Below, in pieces: positions 1 through 13,155 of a stretch of 64,000 bases of DNA. The DNA comes from Octopus sinensis (taxonomy: Eukaryota). The stretch covers positions 98,828,001 through 98,892,000 of the forward strand of contig NC_043005.1 of the NCBI RefSeq assembly GCF_006345805.1. Direction: 5' to 3'. The notes below the pieces were generated by a model. That model saw nothing but the letters and a program-made list of their open reading frames with translations, was not told where the DNA came from and made no database searches. How positions within the stretch are numbered: the stretch's first letter is position 1; each line of letters starts with the position of its first letter. Made by a program: the position numbers and the translations under genes.

Positions 1-16
1 TGTGTGTGTGTGTATA

Positions 17-55
<39 letters not shown>

Positions 56-57
<2 letters not shown>

Positions 58-300
58 TCATCATCGTTGTTTAACGTTTGCTTTCCATGCTAGCATGGGT
101 TGGACGATTTTGACTGAGGGCTGGCGAGTCTGATGGCTGCACCAGGCTCCAATCTTGATTTGACAGAGTTTCTACAGCTGGATGCCCTTCCTAACGCCAA
201 CCACTCCGAGAGTGTAGTGGATGCTTTTTACATGTCACTGACATGGGAGCCAGTCAGGCGGTACTGGCAATAACCTCGCTCGAATCTTTTTACACGTGCC
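56..300 (-). mobile_element. SINE family A, RTE-type tail with (GAT)n end
   Basis: catcatc..tttaacgt..tttccatgctagcatgggttggacg...ctacagctggatgcccttcctaacgccaacc, repeated many times in the window. Confidence 0.82.
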
Positions 301-938
301 ATGTCATCATCATCATCATCATCATCATTTAATGCCTGTCTTCTATGCTGGCATGGTTTTCAGTTTGACAGGGTTTGATGAGTTGAGGACCCATGCTCCA
401 GTTTCTACTTCATGTAGTTTCTATACCTAGATATCCTTCCAAATGCTAACCACTTTACAGTGTGTACTGGGTGCTTTTTTTCTTTTTCATGACATCAGCA
501 CATGTGAGGTTGTCATGTAACTTGCAAGACTGAGATCCTCATTGACTGAGTGTAATTGTATTAGAGAGGGAGGTGGCTTTGTGCTACATGTTTATCGAAA
601 AGCAGGGGCAAAAACAATACATGACTACTTTGTATTATATAAGGGTAGATGTGAATTGTCAGGGTAGAGCTGGAGAAATAAAAGTGGTGATTACAAGGTG
701 TTAGGATGAGCCCTCAATGTATAAGATGATGAACAGAAAAGAGATTAGGGACAAGAACAAGAAGATTGAAGGATGATAGGTTTGAAGAGTGTAGGGATAG
801 AGATGGTTAGAAATGGAGTGGGAGTGAGGGGGAATATAGTGAATGGTGAACAAGAGTGGTGGGATGGTTGAAGAGAATAGGGAACATGGTTGGCAGGAGT
901 GGAAGGGTGAAGAGCAGCAGAATGTTATTAATTCAGTA

Positions 939-1745
939 GGCATAGGAGTGGCTGTGTGGTAAGTAGCTTGCTTACCAACCACATGGTTCCGGGTTCAGTC
1001 CCACTGTGTGGTTCTTTGGCAAGTGTCTTCTACTATAGCCTCGGGCCGACCAAAGCCTTGTGAGTAGATTTGGTAGACAGAAACTGAAAGAATCCTGCCG
1101 TATATATATATATATATGTATATATATATGTATATATGTGTGTGTGTGTGTGTGTGTGGAGGCGCAATGGCCCTGTGGTTAGGGCAGCGGACTTGCAGTC
1201 ATAGGATCGCGGTTTCGATTCCCAGATCGGGCGTTGTGAGTGTTTATTGAGCGAAAACACCTCAAGCTCCACAAAGCTCCGGCAGGGGGTGGTGATCCCT
1301 GCTGTACTCTTTCGCCACAACTTGCTCTCACTCTTTCTTCTGTTGGCCTGCTCGCTTAGCCAGTGGGGTGGCGTCATTTGAAGACTAAAACAATGTGAAG
1401 CGCATTCTGACCAGCAATGTGTAGCAACGTCTGATCGCCTGGTCAGTCACAGTGATATATATATATATATATCATCATCATCATCATCAAAGCGGACGTT
1501 AAATGATGATGATGATGATATATATATATATATGTGTGTGTTTGTGTATCTGTTTTTGTCCCCCCAACATCGCTTGACAACCAATGCTAGTGTGTTTACG
1601 TCCCCGTAACTTAGCAGTTCAGCAAAATGAGACTGATAGAATAAGTACTAGGCTTAGAAAGAATAAGTCCTGGGGTCGATTTGCTCGACTAAAGGCGGTG
1701 CACCAGCATGGCCGCAGTCAAATGACTGAAACAAGTAAAAGAGAG
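939..1745 (+). mobile_element. tRNA-derived CORE-like SINE (family B) with nested insertions in its internal (TA)/(TG) tract
   Basis: A/B boxes (tggctgtgtggt, gggttcagtcc), CORE-like ttggcaagtgtc, 3' end ...gactgaaacaagtaaaagag. Family is repeated in the window. Confidence 0.85.
1158..1455 (+). mobile_element. tRNA-derived SINE (family D) nested in family B copy
   Basis: ggcgcaatggccctgtggttagg A-box and ggtttcgattccc B-box. Tail shared with the 39881 and 40179 copies. Confidence 0.8.
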
Positions 1746-2297
1746 AGAGTAAGGGAAGGATGAAAGAAAGGGAGATGACTTGTGAATGGTGAGTTGTGAG
1801 AGTGTGAGGAGAGCAAGAGTTGTTTGGTGATAGAGGGTGAGGAACCATGGAAAGTGTGTGTCAGTGATGTCATTATTGCCTGGTTTGAAATTATCAACAA
1901 ATGTTATTCTATCAAGTATTGCATTGGTTGATGGGTGTTGTAATGACCCCTTGTTGTAGATGCATAATCAACTTATGACAAAGTGATACAGGTTTGTCAC
2001 AATTAGATGTAAATGTTACAACTATTATTCTTGTATAACAGTTTGTGAATTAATAGCCCATCTGAAATTTATTCAGTGGCTTGTTTTCATTAAGACTTCA
2101 GACTTTTGCAATCTTGTAATATATTGCAATTACCAGTTTGGGCGTAACATGCTTTTCTTTTCTGTTCAAATTCATGTGGGTACTTTTTCCAACATGTTCA
2201 ACCATCTATATATGATGGTTTTTTTTTTTGATATTCTTGTGAAATTTAGTGCAGACTGGTTCAGTTCTATCTGATACTGGTAACACAACTACCTTTT

Positions 2298-2528
2298 AGG
2301 CAGCGAGCTGGCAGAACCATTTGCATGCCGGGCGAAATGCTTAGCCGTATTTTGTCTGCCGTTACGTTCTGAGTTCAAATTGTGCCAAGGTCGACTTTGC
2401 TTTTCATCCTTTTGGGGTCGATAAATCAAGTACCAGTTACGCACTGGGGTCAATGTAATCGACTTAATTCGTTTGTCTGTCCTTGTTTGTCCCTTCTATG
2501 TTTAAGCCCCGTGTGGGTAATGAAAAAT
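2298..2528 (+). mobile_element. SINE family C (MetaSINE-like core)
   Basis: ggcagcgagctggcagaa...gagttcaaatt...tttcatcctttggggtcgataaa...gtaccag. Confidence 0.82.
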
Positions 2529-3835
2529 ATTAAAGATCATTCATTGAAGCTATATTTGTTACAAAATATATGGCAAGACTTAATAATATAGAGCAGACCT
2601 AGTAACAAACTTAGACCATTCACTATGATGAAGATAGACCCTTGTAATAAAGATCAACTGCCATTTCCTCCTTGCTGACATCTGATATTTTCAAGTTCAG
2701 CACTCACAGCATTATTATGAAAATCTATTAACTACTTTGACAAGATTGCAAAAGTTTAGCTATGCTGATTAAGCTTTGAACATTATTGTTGCCAATATAA
2801 AGGGCTTCAAGAGGAATATACACAATCCTTAATAGAGATAAATCAGGAGCACAGTTGCGTTTTTAAAAATATACACTCACTTCATATAAACATTATCTGT
2901 ACTAACATGTGTGCATACGCGTACATACTCACTCTCTGTCTTTCACTCTCTCTCTCTCTCTCACACACATGCTCAGGCATATGTACACTGATGTACTGAG
3001 ACACTCACATACATACACATACTCACTCTCAATTAAATTGTTATTCATTTTAAGTCTTAAAATCATTTCTGTTATTGAATTTGCGAAATGTTCAGTTCAA
3101 TGTCTGTGACACAAATTGGTGAAAAAAGAAGTAGAACAGAGGATTTTTGGAAGCTTACTAAGTAATGTCTTCCTTTAATCTTTTGCTTTCTTAGACAACT
3201 TCTCTTTGATCTTTCTAGTACAACGCTGCATTCAGGATGAAATAATTAAGCTGCACTTTATTATTATTATTAAGTAGTCTTACTTTTAATGCATGCTTTC
3301 ACTTCACTACCGACCTCAGTTCTGTGTACCTTGGGTATGTGCAGTGTTTCGTTTTGTTGTTTCTATTATATTGAAAGTACTGAACGTAACATCTGTATGT
3401 TGCCTTTTGGTGCTATGTTGTGTATATTTGTGAATACTAGCATTTTGGTTATGCATTTATCTGCTTGTTTTTTTCAATCATTTCCAAGACCCACCTTATT
3501 ATAGAGCTGGTTTCTCTTTCTAACATTCCATTATCTCAAATTTCAGATCGTTATATTTGGATCATTTCTCCAGTTCTTTTAGAGATACAGTATATAGCAT
3601 GTTTGGGGCTGATACTTTAATTAAGAGGCGCTCCCTTTACTGATGATCCATGACAACAATATCTGGCCAATTAGCTTTCACTTCCCTCTATATGTATATT
3701 GGAATGTGCCAAAATTATCATAATCCAACATCTGTTTACCATGTTGGCATGAGTTGAATGGTTCAACAGAAAGTAGTGAACCAGAAGACTGCGCCAAGCT
3801 CTAATGTTTGTTTTGGCATGGTTTCTATGGTTTCA

Positions 3836-5380
3836 TGGTCTGTTATCGTGCATTTATAAATTACGTTTTGGACCGAACAAATGCGCAATAATGACTTCAA
3901 ATAACAACTATCTTTATTTCGGTTGTTTGGTAGATTTTAAAAAACGTCTAAACAATCATTTTTCCTCTTTTAGTCTCAAACATAAGGCAGGTTGCACTAC
4001 ATTATCTGGTAAAATTTGGGAACTAAAAACGAATAATATAGAATTCAACCTAAAATGGGATATAGTTAGAAGAGCGCAACCTTATAGGAATAGTAGGGAT
4101 GGTTGTCAACTTTGTTCTATGGAAACTTATGAAATTTTGAAACATCAGGGTAATACAAATCTGTTGAATAACCGTTTGGAGCTGGGAGAATCTTGTATAC
4201 ATCGTACAACCAGAACGTTTAAATACTTTAAATAATAATTTTGTGAATATTCCTATATTTTTCAAATTTTAATTCTTTATAACCAAATAAGAAGGAATAT
4301 ACCACACTAGCTTTCAATTTAACATTTATAGATGACTAAAATAACTTCACTGCAAACTTAAAATTAAATTCTTCTTTTTTCTAAAATTAAACTGTATGAA
4401 TCTAAATAGTTGGAACCCTAAATAGTATGAATCCCAAATAGTAGGAATACTAAATAGTATGAATCCTATGTCCCTAAAGAAACTATTCAGTTCACCTTGA
4501 TTATCTCACTTCCATTTCTTAATATATAATTAGTCTAAGATATCTTTACAAAATATATTTAACCAAATAGGAACAAATATACCATACTGGTTTTATTTTA
4601 ACACCCATAAATGATTAAAAAACTTCATTGCAAACTTAGAATTAAATTCTTCTTTTTTATAATGTTCTCCAATACTAAGTAGCATTAATCCTATGTCCCT
4701 GGGGAAACTATTTGGCTAATCTTGATTATCTCACTCCCATTTCTTAATATATAATTAACCTAGTCTCTTTCTCCAAATTTGAATAAATTTTAGATTTATA
4801 TTTTTCCTTTATTCTAACGTGTCAAAGTACTTGGAACTTATAGACCAACTGTTGTGTTGATATGCATAGGGTTTGTAAGGTCTCTGCATTCTCTGTGAAT
4901 GTTATTGTGACCATTTGACTTTGACCTAGTTTCTCCTAATGCTGAATCTGTTCATCAAATAGTAGTAATTGGCATTTAGTTGTGACAATGCTGTCTTCTA
5001 CATAAATTCCTTATATGGAGCTATGACATCCTCTTTACCCCATTTCTATAATTAGAAAATCTTTATTGTCTCTTTTCATTTGTTCTTCCCTCTCAGAACA
5101 TTACAGTGGTCTGGAACAACTGAATCTTAGTCAGTCAGTTGATGGGCTCCACTACCTCAAATGTTCTTAAAATTTAAATCCACATCTTTGTCTGTATCTA
5201 CCTTCTCTATAATGTTGCCACTTGATATGAAAATTTTTGTATTAATGGGAAACCTCTATAATTGGCTGATGAGTGCTCAGCATTTTAAAACTGTTGTAAT
5301 ACTTACAACATTTAATAAAATGATGTAGTATGAAACGATCGTACCAAATTACCGGAGTCATTCTTGTTGCTTATTTTGAT
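3836..5380 (+). mobile_element. 5'-truncated Penelope-like retroelement: GIY-YIG endonuclease C-terminus, 3' region and pLTR with hammerhead
   Basis: ORF to 4235 has PLE endonuclease motifs (IYK..YFG..FKKRLNNH.SSF..TTLSGKIWELK..W..PY..CQLC..E..LLNNR.EL...C.H). Ends in an HHR-containing tail abutting (TA)n at about 5380. Confidence 0.8.
5262..5347 (+). ncRNA. Type I hammerhead ribozyme (PLE pLTR), intact core
   Basis: ttgg-CTGATGA(5266-72)-[gtgct...long hairpin...agtat]-GAAA(5332-35)-c gatc g-TA-ccaa. Stems I, II and III all pair. Predicted cleavage after GUA at 5343. Confidence 0.8.
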
Positions 5381-5473
5381 ATATATATATATATATATAT
5401 ATAGATAGATAGATGGATAGATGGACATATATAGATAGATAAAACTTACTTGGAATTAGATGTGTGGCATTCA

Positions 5474-5533
<60 letters not shown>

Positions 5534-7952
5534 ACATATATAGATAATATATATATATATATACATATATATATAGATAGACATACTGACATATACATGT
5601 ATATACATATGCATATATGGGCACAGAATGTCACAGAACATAAACAACATGGAATACGAACTTTTTTTGCAAACAAAGAAACAAGACAAAGCAACAAAAG
5701 AATGACCCTTCATCAGTTGCTGGTTGTTTTTCTTACACACACACACACACACACTATTCTTAACCAAGCCAACCTTACAACTTGTCACCTCACACCTCAC
5801 TTCATCACTCCCACTGCACTCTATCCCATGATGCCTTTATTGCCACCTTTACTTCACTGTTCACTCTCATACCTCTTGCTGTACCTACCCAGTATGTCTT
5901 TCACATCCCTAATTCCATCCTTCTTCTCCAGTGCCTTCCCCATCCATGATGCCTTCACAGTATTCTTGCACTCTGCTCTTTCTCCTCTTCCTACTTCTGT
6001 GGTACCTTTCAGTGTCTACATATCACTCACCTCTCCTCTATCCCCTTTTCTCTCACAGCCCTCTCCTGCACAGCATCTCTGCTTCCTTCCTTAACACTCT
6101 TCCTCGACTTGTCCCCTCTGACCTACAGGCATGACCCCCTCCACCACTTCCTTCAATGACTCACTCAGGATTCTTTTCCACCATAGTTTATTGTTTCCTT
6201 TCTATCCCCCTTTCCCTCACGCTTTCTGTCTGTATGCACTCCTTGAAATGTTGTAGGGGCCCTAGACCTTCCCATCCCAATACAACCCATTTTACCACAT
6301 TTTCAACCTTCTCTTCTTTTTAATCATGTCACCAATCCTTTTCTTCTGCCCTGTTCCTTGCCATACTCTCCTAGTCTCCCCTTTAAATTAACTTTCCTTC
6401 ATCCTACTGCCTAGGATAATTTCCCCACTATCTCTTTTCTTCTCTCTCAGTTATAGGGAGCCACTTTCAGGCCTTAGCCTTTCAAATTATGAGGCAATCG
6501 TCACAAGTATACCTTGTACTTGTGATGATTGGCATTATGAAGGGCATCCAGTGATAGAAACCATTTCAAAGAAGACATTTGTGCATGAGGCAGTCCTCTT
6601 GTCAGACCATCTCAAACCATCCAATCCATACCAACATGGAAGCTGGGTCTTAAATGATGAGGATAATATTATTATTATTATTATTATTATTGTTACTACT
6701 ACTGCTACTACTACAGTTGTTATTATTCCTTTGCTCTAGAAAACTACTTTGAGATAATTTACCAAAGGAAATTCTATTATAGAATTTTTGATTTAAGTGG
6801 TTTTATTCATATTCCTCTCTACTCCTTCCCACTCATTCCTGAATAACATGAAAGGAACCGAATTTGCGCTAACACAAGGACCTACTTTCAGTTTCACTCA
6901 TGCTAATGACTAATCACTCTCTGCTTCTGCTACCTGTGACGCTGTGCCTGTAAGTGTGTACCAGTGTGTTGTACGCTAAACTATTTCTCTGTCTGTCTCA
7001 ATGAAGTGCTGCTATTTTGTGCACTGCCTTATTGTTTCTATCTAAATTTTGTTCCTGCATTTTGCTTTCTTTGTTGAATTCAGTCAAGTTATCATCCACC
7101 AGAATCTTCTGTTATAATTAGTTTGTAGCTGTAAATTGCAGAGCAACTGTAGTTCTTTGACCTACTTCAACTGCTTGGAGCTGTATATCATAAGGTTTCT
7201 TTCAGATGATGTATTTATTGAAAAGAACTTCGTAAATTACTTTAGAATATGCTAAGTGTGTACACATACACACACACACACACATTTTTTGCATCAGTTT
7301 TTATTGTGAATATCTCTGAGTGTGTGTGTATATATATGAGAAATATGTACATATATAGACTTGTATATTTATGTGATTGTGAGTTTGTATCTGCATATAC
7401 TATGCATGTATTTGTGTGTTTATACACACACACAACCACAAGATTCATCTTTTTCACAGACTTGATTATTATGATTAGCTAATTGGTTTATCCTTTTTTT
7501 CTTCTCTCTTCAGTTCTACTTTTTGCCTCCATGATATTGTCTGTAAACAATTGAGAGAGAGTTTTAAAATACTTTTATCGTTATTATTCAATCTATTCAT
7601 TTTTTTTTCATCATTATAATCTTTGTTACCATTTTTATTATCAGCATTAATAATCAATTTCTTTCATTAATTATTTATTTTTCTTATCAATATTGGTAAT
7701 GAACACCTAATTGTGCCACACATTTCCACATACACAGGCTCAGGTGTTTACCTGTGCATAAACATACAGTTTGACTCTCTCTCTCTCTCACATTTTCACA
7801 TCTGTATACACACACAGACAATTACACATGTGCACATACACACGTACACACACATGACCTAATACAAAAACTTGTGCAGAGATTAATATATGAACAGATT
7901 TAAGCTCATATGCACCTACAAGTACAAAGATAAACACACACTCACACACTCA

Positions 7953-8000
<48 letters not shown>

Positions 8001-8091
8001 AAACCATAGGTTGTGTGTAGCTTGCTTAGTTGAATAGCAGTAACTTTTTCAGTATGCATATGAAAGACCACACATTCTCATCTGTTGTAAT

Positions 8092-8387
8092 CTGTTCTTC
8101 ACTCCTGCTCCGGAGCGTCGGCTGCGGGGTCATTCCGAAAAGCTCTACCTGCGACGATTTCATCTCAATCGAAGGAGAGGAGCTTTCTCCGTCCGGGTTG
8201 CGGATCCGTGGAACAAGCTGCCAGACGAGATGGTGAAGATGCCGACGACCGCTTTGTTCAAAGCCTCCCTGGACCTCAAGTGGCCTGAACTCTTTACATG
8301 AACACCACCCTGTACTTAACTCCATGTCCCCCTACATGGCCTTGCTATTTGCTTTTGAGCCAAATTAACTAACTAACTAACTAACTA
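8092..8387 (+). mobile_element. CR1-clade LINE 3' end with (TAAC)n tail
   Basis: Frame LRGHSEKLYLRRFHLNRRRGAFSVRVADPWNKLPDEMVK...FKASLD matches the CR1 ORF2 C-terminal motif. Short 3'UTR and tandem tail. Confidence 0.85.
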
Positions 8388-8580
8388 AATGATGGGGAAA
8401 CTTTTCAGAAGAATTTGTATTGTTATATTGTTGTCAGATGCTGACAGTTTGTGATTTATGATAAACCTTTCTTGTTCAGTAAATTGTGTGTCACCTGAAT
8501 TGACCAGAAACTGTACCAACTGAAATAGAATGTAAATGAAAAGGTGATATAGTTAATAAAGTCAATCAGTCTGTATATAT

Positions 8581-8987
8581 AGGCATAGGACTGGCTGTGT
8601 AAAAGTAGCCTGCTTATGAACCACATGGTTCTGGGTTCAGTCCCACTGCATGGCACCTTGTGCAAGTGTCTTCTTCTACTATAGCCTCTAGCTGACTAAA
8701 GCTTTGTGAGTGGATTTGGTAGACGGAAACTGAAAAAGGCCCGTTGTATATATATATATATGTATGTGTGTGTTTGTGTGTCTGTGTTTGTCTCCCCAAC
8801 ATCGCTTGACAACTGATGCTGTTGTGTTTACGTCCCCGTAACTTAGCAGTTCAGCAAAAGAGACCAAAAGAATAAGTACTAGGCTTACAAAGAATAAGTC
8901 CTGGGGTCGATTTGCTCGACTAAAGGTGGTGTTCCAGCATGGCTACAGTCAAATGACTGAAACAAGTAAAAGAGTAAAGAGAGTAAA
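8581..8987 (+). mobile_element. SINE family B, full length
   Basis: Collinear with 939-1745 and 25145-25517. Confidence 0.85.
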
Positions 8988-9749
8988 GTGTATACCTCAA
9001 CATGAATGCAAAAATATAATTGTACCTGTAACACCTTCACTCTGTTTCTCTCATTCCCCTTCCTCCCTTTGTTTCACTCTCTAGATTATGTTGCTTTGAA
9101 TATACAAAGACCCCATAGAGTAGTGGAAACTTGGGGCACAAGGCAACCCAATAATGCTGGTGCTGTGATAGAATGCTCCTCCCAGTATACTTGGTAAGGG
9201 ATTAATGATTGAGCTAAGAAGACATCAAGGTGATAGGACCCTTTAGCCTACACGAAGACGTGATAGCTTCCATAGTGCTAGTGCCAATAAAATTCCTCCT
9301 GTATGTTCCAGAAAGTGGATGATGTTAGAAGGGGCATCTAACTATAAGCATTAAACCACAAATGGAATGTTTTGTGCAAGATTGAGTAATAATAAATTGA
9401 CCTTACAATGACTTGGTCCAGTGTAGAAGATTCATTGATTGTTGAAGCTGAAATGGTTTGGCTTTGTGTTCAAAAGCCTGTGTACTTAACCAAAGCTTAT
9501 ATGGCATCAGAGCTCTCCAAGAACTCCTGTAAGTAGATGAGCTGTTTCTTAAGCAGAATCTGTAAACTTGGAGAAGAAATTTCCAACATGGATGACAAAT
9601 CAAAAATCAAGAGGCCTCAAAGTAATCTTATTAGAAGCTAAAGTTTTAGTGAGTAGAAAAGAAGACAGCTGAAAAGGAGTAGCTAGAAATTCCATTTAGT
9701 GTACTCAAGGTAAACAGTGGATATATGATGTGATTTCATAGGCAACTTG

Positions 9750-10840
9750 ACAGAAATGGTGGACTTCATATATGGTAGATACACAAAAGTAGTTAGCAGT
9801 AAGAATACCGACAAAATAAATTCCTTCAAGTGTTTGGTTGGTTCATTAGAAGTAGTTAATAGCTTCTGCTCTGTAGATGACTTACTTAGTAGTGGAGGAG
9901 GATGTAGCAAATGCACACTAGCCAGAGTTGAAATAGGATGGAAAAGATCAGGGAGCTATTAACTCTGCTGGTAACAAAAAAAGTTTCTCTCTACAAGTTA
10001 AAGGAAGTTTGTATGATGCTTATATACCAAATGGAATACAGCACAGTGGTGAGACTTGGGCTTCCATTGTAGAAGATATGTGATAACTATCTTCAGGAAA
10101 ATGGCCTGAAAATGCAGAAAAGGAGTAGGTATAAATACCATATTCTGTACACTATGTTGGCTACAGACACAAAAGAAATGTAGTGGAATCACACGCAGAC
10201 CATCAAGGAATGTAAGCTTCATCTGTGATAGATACACTGGAGCAGTACATACATGTTGTGAATGCACCAGAAATAGACTCCCTTAAATGCCCAGATGTCT
10301 CACTGGAAGTACTTGATAGTTTTTTGTTACCTAAGTGATGTAGTTAGCAAGGAATGTGGTTATTCTGAAAGTATAGTAGCCAGAGTAAGAATGGATTGCA
10401 GAAAGTTCAGGGAGCTACTGTCACTGCTGAAAACAAAGGTCTTTTACCTTCAGATTGTAGGGCAGATTTTATGGTGCTTGTGTTAGAACTGCAATGCTGT
10501 TTGGTATTGAGACATGAATTTTGAGTGCAGAGGTTTTGAGAAGACTAGAAAGGAATGAAAAAAACATGCTGTGTCAGATGTGCAATGTGAGTGTGCATGA
10601 AAGACACAGTACAATGGTGCTGAGACAAAAGCTGGGTATAAGAGGAATCAGATGTAGTGTGCAAGAAAGAAGGCCGCACTTGTATGGACATGTGATGATG
10701 AAAACAGCTGTTTAAAGAAGTGCTAATCACTTAGGTGAAACTTGAGAAGAGGGAGACCAAGGAAAACATGAGACAGTGGTGAAGGTTGATCTCAGGACCT
10801 TGAACCTGATGGAGGTAATTAGAAAGAACCAGGATGACTA
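9750..10840 (+). mobile_element. Decayed RTE LINE fragments (RT C-terminal part, present twice)
   Basis: LEVVNSFC...GGGCS...ARV.IGW; FCYLSD...SESIVARVR...KFRELL; LRRLERNE..ML..MCNV; LYGHV. Confidence 0.75.
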
Positions 10841-10919
10841 CTCACTAGTAGTATGCAGTTCTCATGAAGACCTACTCACCTTGGAGAAGCTGAGTTCTGG
10901 TAGTGCCATGTGTGTGTGT

Positions 10920-10967
<48 letters not shown>

Positions 10968-11015
10968 AAACAAGTCGAAATAGAAAATGCTAAAATAATT
11001 TTATAAAGAACATTT

Positions 11016-11053
11016 CAGTACCAGTTTTGGTCATTTTGAGACCTTTTCAACTG
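11016..11053 (-). ncRNA. Decayed minimal hammerhead in the pLTR of the Neptune-type PLE
   Basis: Minus strand: cag-TTGAAAA-ggtc tcaaaat gacc-AAAA-ctgg-TA-ctg. Stems I and II are intact but the core is mutated from CTGANGA/GAAA. Confidence 0.55.
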
Positions 11054-11586
11054 TAACGATTAAATAATTAAATTTAGAAAAATTAAAAGAAAAGTTTTTT
11101 TAAAGGAATATTTGTATAGTGTTCAAATATAAGTGGCATTCTGCCTTTCTCTGTCTCCCTTGTTTGCACTTGTGTGTTCGAGGCCGTTGTGAATTCTTGG
11201 TAGGGTAGAAGAAAATTTGGGAGTGCCTTGATGGTCGTATTTTGAATGGTCAGTGGCGGCTAGCAGTTGCAGTTCAATTCAGGAGAATATTTCTATTGAA
11301 AGGTTTGTTTATGGAATTAGTGATAAAGTTAAGAGGTAGAAGGTGGAGAAGAAGAAGAAGAAGAAGATGACGATGATGGTGACGACGATGATGATGATAA
11401 TGATGATGATGAAGAAGAAGAAGAAAAAAGAGAAGGGAGAATATGAATGGGTGAAAGTAGTGAGGTGTTGTATGACTTGAAGTTGGCACGTTATGGATTA
11501 TAGCTGTGATTGGGGCTGATTTGTAATGGATTCTTTGGAATGTAATATTTGTGTGTGTATTTCTTTTATTCTAAAGTTGAGGTATA

Positions 11587-13155
11587 TTAATCATTTGTCG
11601 TAGACCCGTTAAGAAGTGGCCTGTATTTTGTAATAAAGAGAGTTTCTTTACTTATTCGTTATCTCGAGGTTGTATCGTCCCTAAATTGGTAGAGGGGGAA
11701 AATCCTGAAGCCTGGTGTTTTGTTGTTGGCGCAAGTATCTATGTGTTGGCTGAAAGCTATTTTTCTGTTTTGGGGAATTTTTATCTGGGATCTGTGCAGG
11801 GCCATTCTTTTACGCAAACTATTTTTTGTTTGGCCTATGTACTGCTCTTGACACCCGGAGCAGGTTAGTGAGTATATTAGGTTCTCCGAAGCACATGTGA
11901 AGTTGCTTTTCACTGTAAACCGTTGTCCCTGTTTGAAGGAGAACTCTGATCCCTCAATTAGATAATCGCATATCCCACAATTGGGTCTTCCACATTTTTT
12001 TACTGTCGGCTTCTGTGTTGAAGAGCGTATTCGGGCTTGTGTTAGGAGACTTTTCATAGATTTAGGCTGTCTCTTGCTTTTTATGATCGTGTGTGTTTGG
12101 AGGATTGTGTTCATTCTGTGGTCTTTTTTTAGGAGGGGTATGTTGTGGAGGATGGTGCCGAAGGCTTCATTATTGAGAGGGTTGTGTGTGGAGATGTATG
12201 GTAAGGCTTTTGGTCGTAAGTTTTTCTTTGATTTGGGATGTCTCAGTTCCTTGATGTTAAGTTGAAGGGCACGTTGAATGCACATGTCAATAAGTGAAGG
12301 TAGGTAGTTCCTGGTGATAAGGGTATCTTTTAGTTCTTGTAGTCGTGTGTCTCTGGTGTTTGCATTAGAAACTATAGTGCATATCCTTTTTGCTAGATTG
12401 AAGGGGATATTCATCCTGGTGTGTCTGGGGTGGCATGAATTGAATGGAAGATATTGCTTAGAATCTGTAGGCTTATAATATATGTCTGTTTCTATTACAT
12501 TATTAGCTTTCTTAATGAGGATATCGAGGAAGGGGAGTTGTTGCTGGCTATATTCCATCGTGAATTGGATGTTTACGTCCAGTCCGTTTAAAATTGCTTG
12601 GAATTCTTTGAGTTTCTCTATATTTTCATGCCAAAGAATGAAACAGTCATCTAGATATCTCTTCCAGTTGTTTTCTATGTAGATGGAGAAAGGGCTGCCA
12701 TATCTTTCTAGAACCTTACAATACAGACTGATCTCTAGATATCCTATGACTAGGTTGGCAAAGGAGGGGGGCCATTCGCATACCCATGGCAGTCCCCGAT
12801 TTTTGTCGGTAGAAGTTGTCTTTGAATGCGAAGTAGTTATTTTCCAGGATCAATTTAACCCCTTCTATCACGAATTCTTTTTTGATGCGATGTGGTAGTT
12901 CGTTGGCGTGATTCTCTAGCCAGAATTGGATTGCCTCTAGTCCTAGGTTCTGGGGGATATTGGAGTAGAGGTTGACTACATCGAAGGGTACCAGTATAGT
13001 GTTTTTGTTTATAGTATTCGGTAGGTGATTGAGCATATCCAAGTCGTCCCTTATATAGCTTTTGACATGTTTGAGGAGTGGTTTTAACAGGGTGTCTAAA
13101 AAGTTACTGAGGCGGTGGGTTTCGCATGCGGGACCTGCTATTATGGGTCTCAAAT
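11587..13155 (-). pseudogene. Disrupted PLE RT + GIY-YIG polyprotein
   Basis: ORF-track pieces 12716-13237 and 11659-12558 are separated by a frameshift or stop. A premature TAA at 11659 is followed in frame by RISKETLFITKYRPLLN (conserved E..FI...P.LN). Confidence 0.88.

Larger units (their letters stand above)
10963..13155 (-). mobile_element. Penelope-like element (Neptune-type), 5'-truncated, flanked by (TA)n at both ends
   Basis: RT motifs LRPII, FDVVNLYSNIP, FYRQKSGTAMG, RYLDDCF, LPFLDI and TDIYYKPTD; Cys-rich linker CGRPNCGIC; endonuclease LIY..C..C...YIGQT. Confidence 0.92.

Noticed and set aside
1158-1230. tRNA gene candidates at SINE heads (also 939, 17398, 56358)
   Set aside because: A/B boxes are present, but there is no complete cloverleaf and each continues into SINE body sequence.
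3333-3392. Possible pre-miRNA hairpin
   Set aside because: Only about 16 bp with several GU pairs, a mismatch and a bulge, a 20-nt loop, and no recognised mature sequence.
5620-5735. Minus-strand CTGATGAAGGG in a pLTR-like fragment
   Set aside because: No matching GAAA or stem III found. At most a truncated relic.
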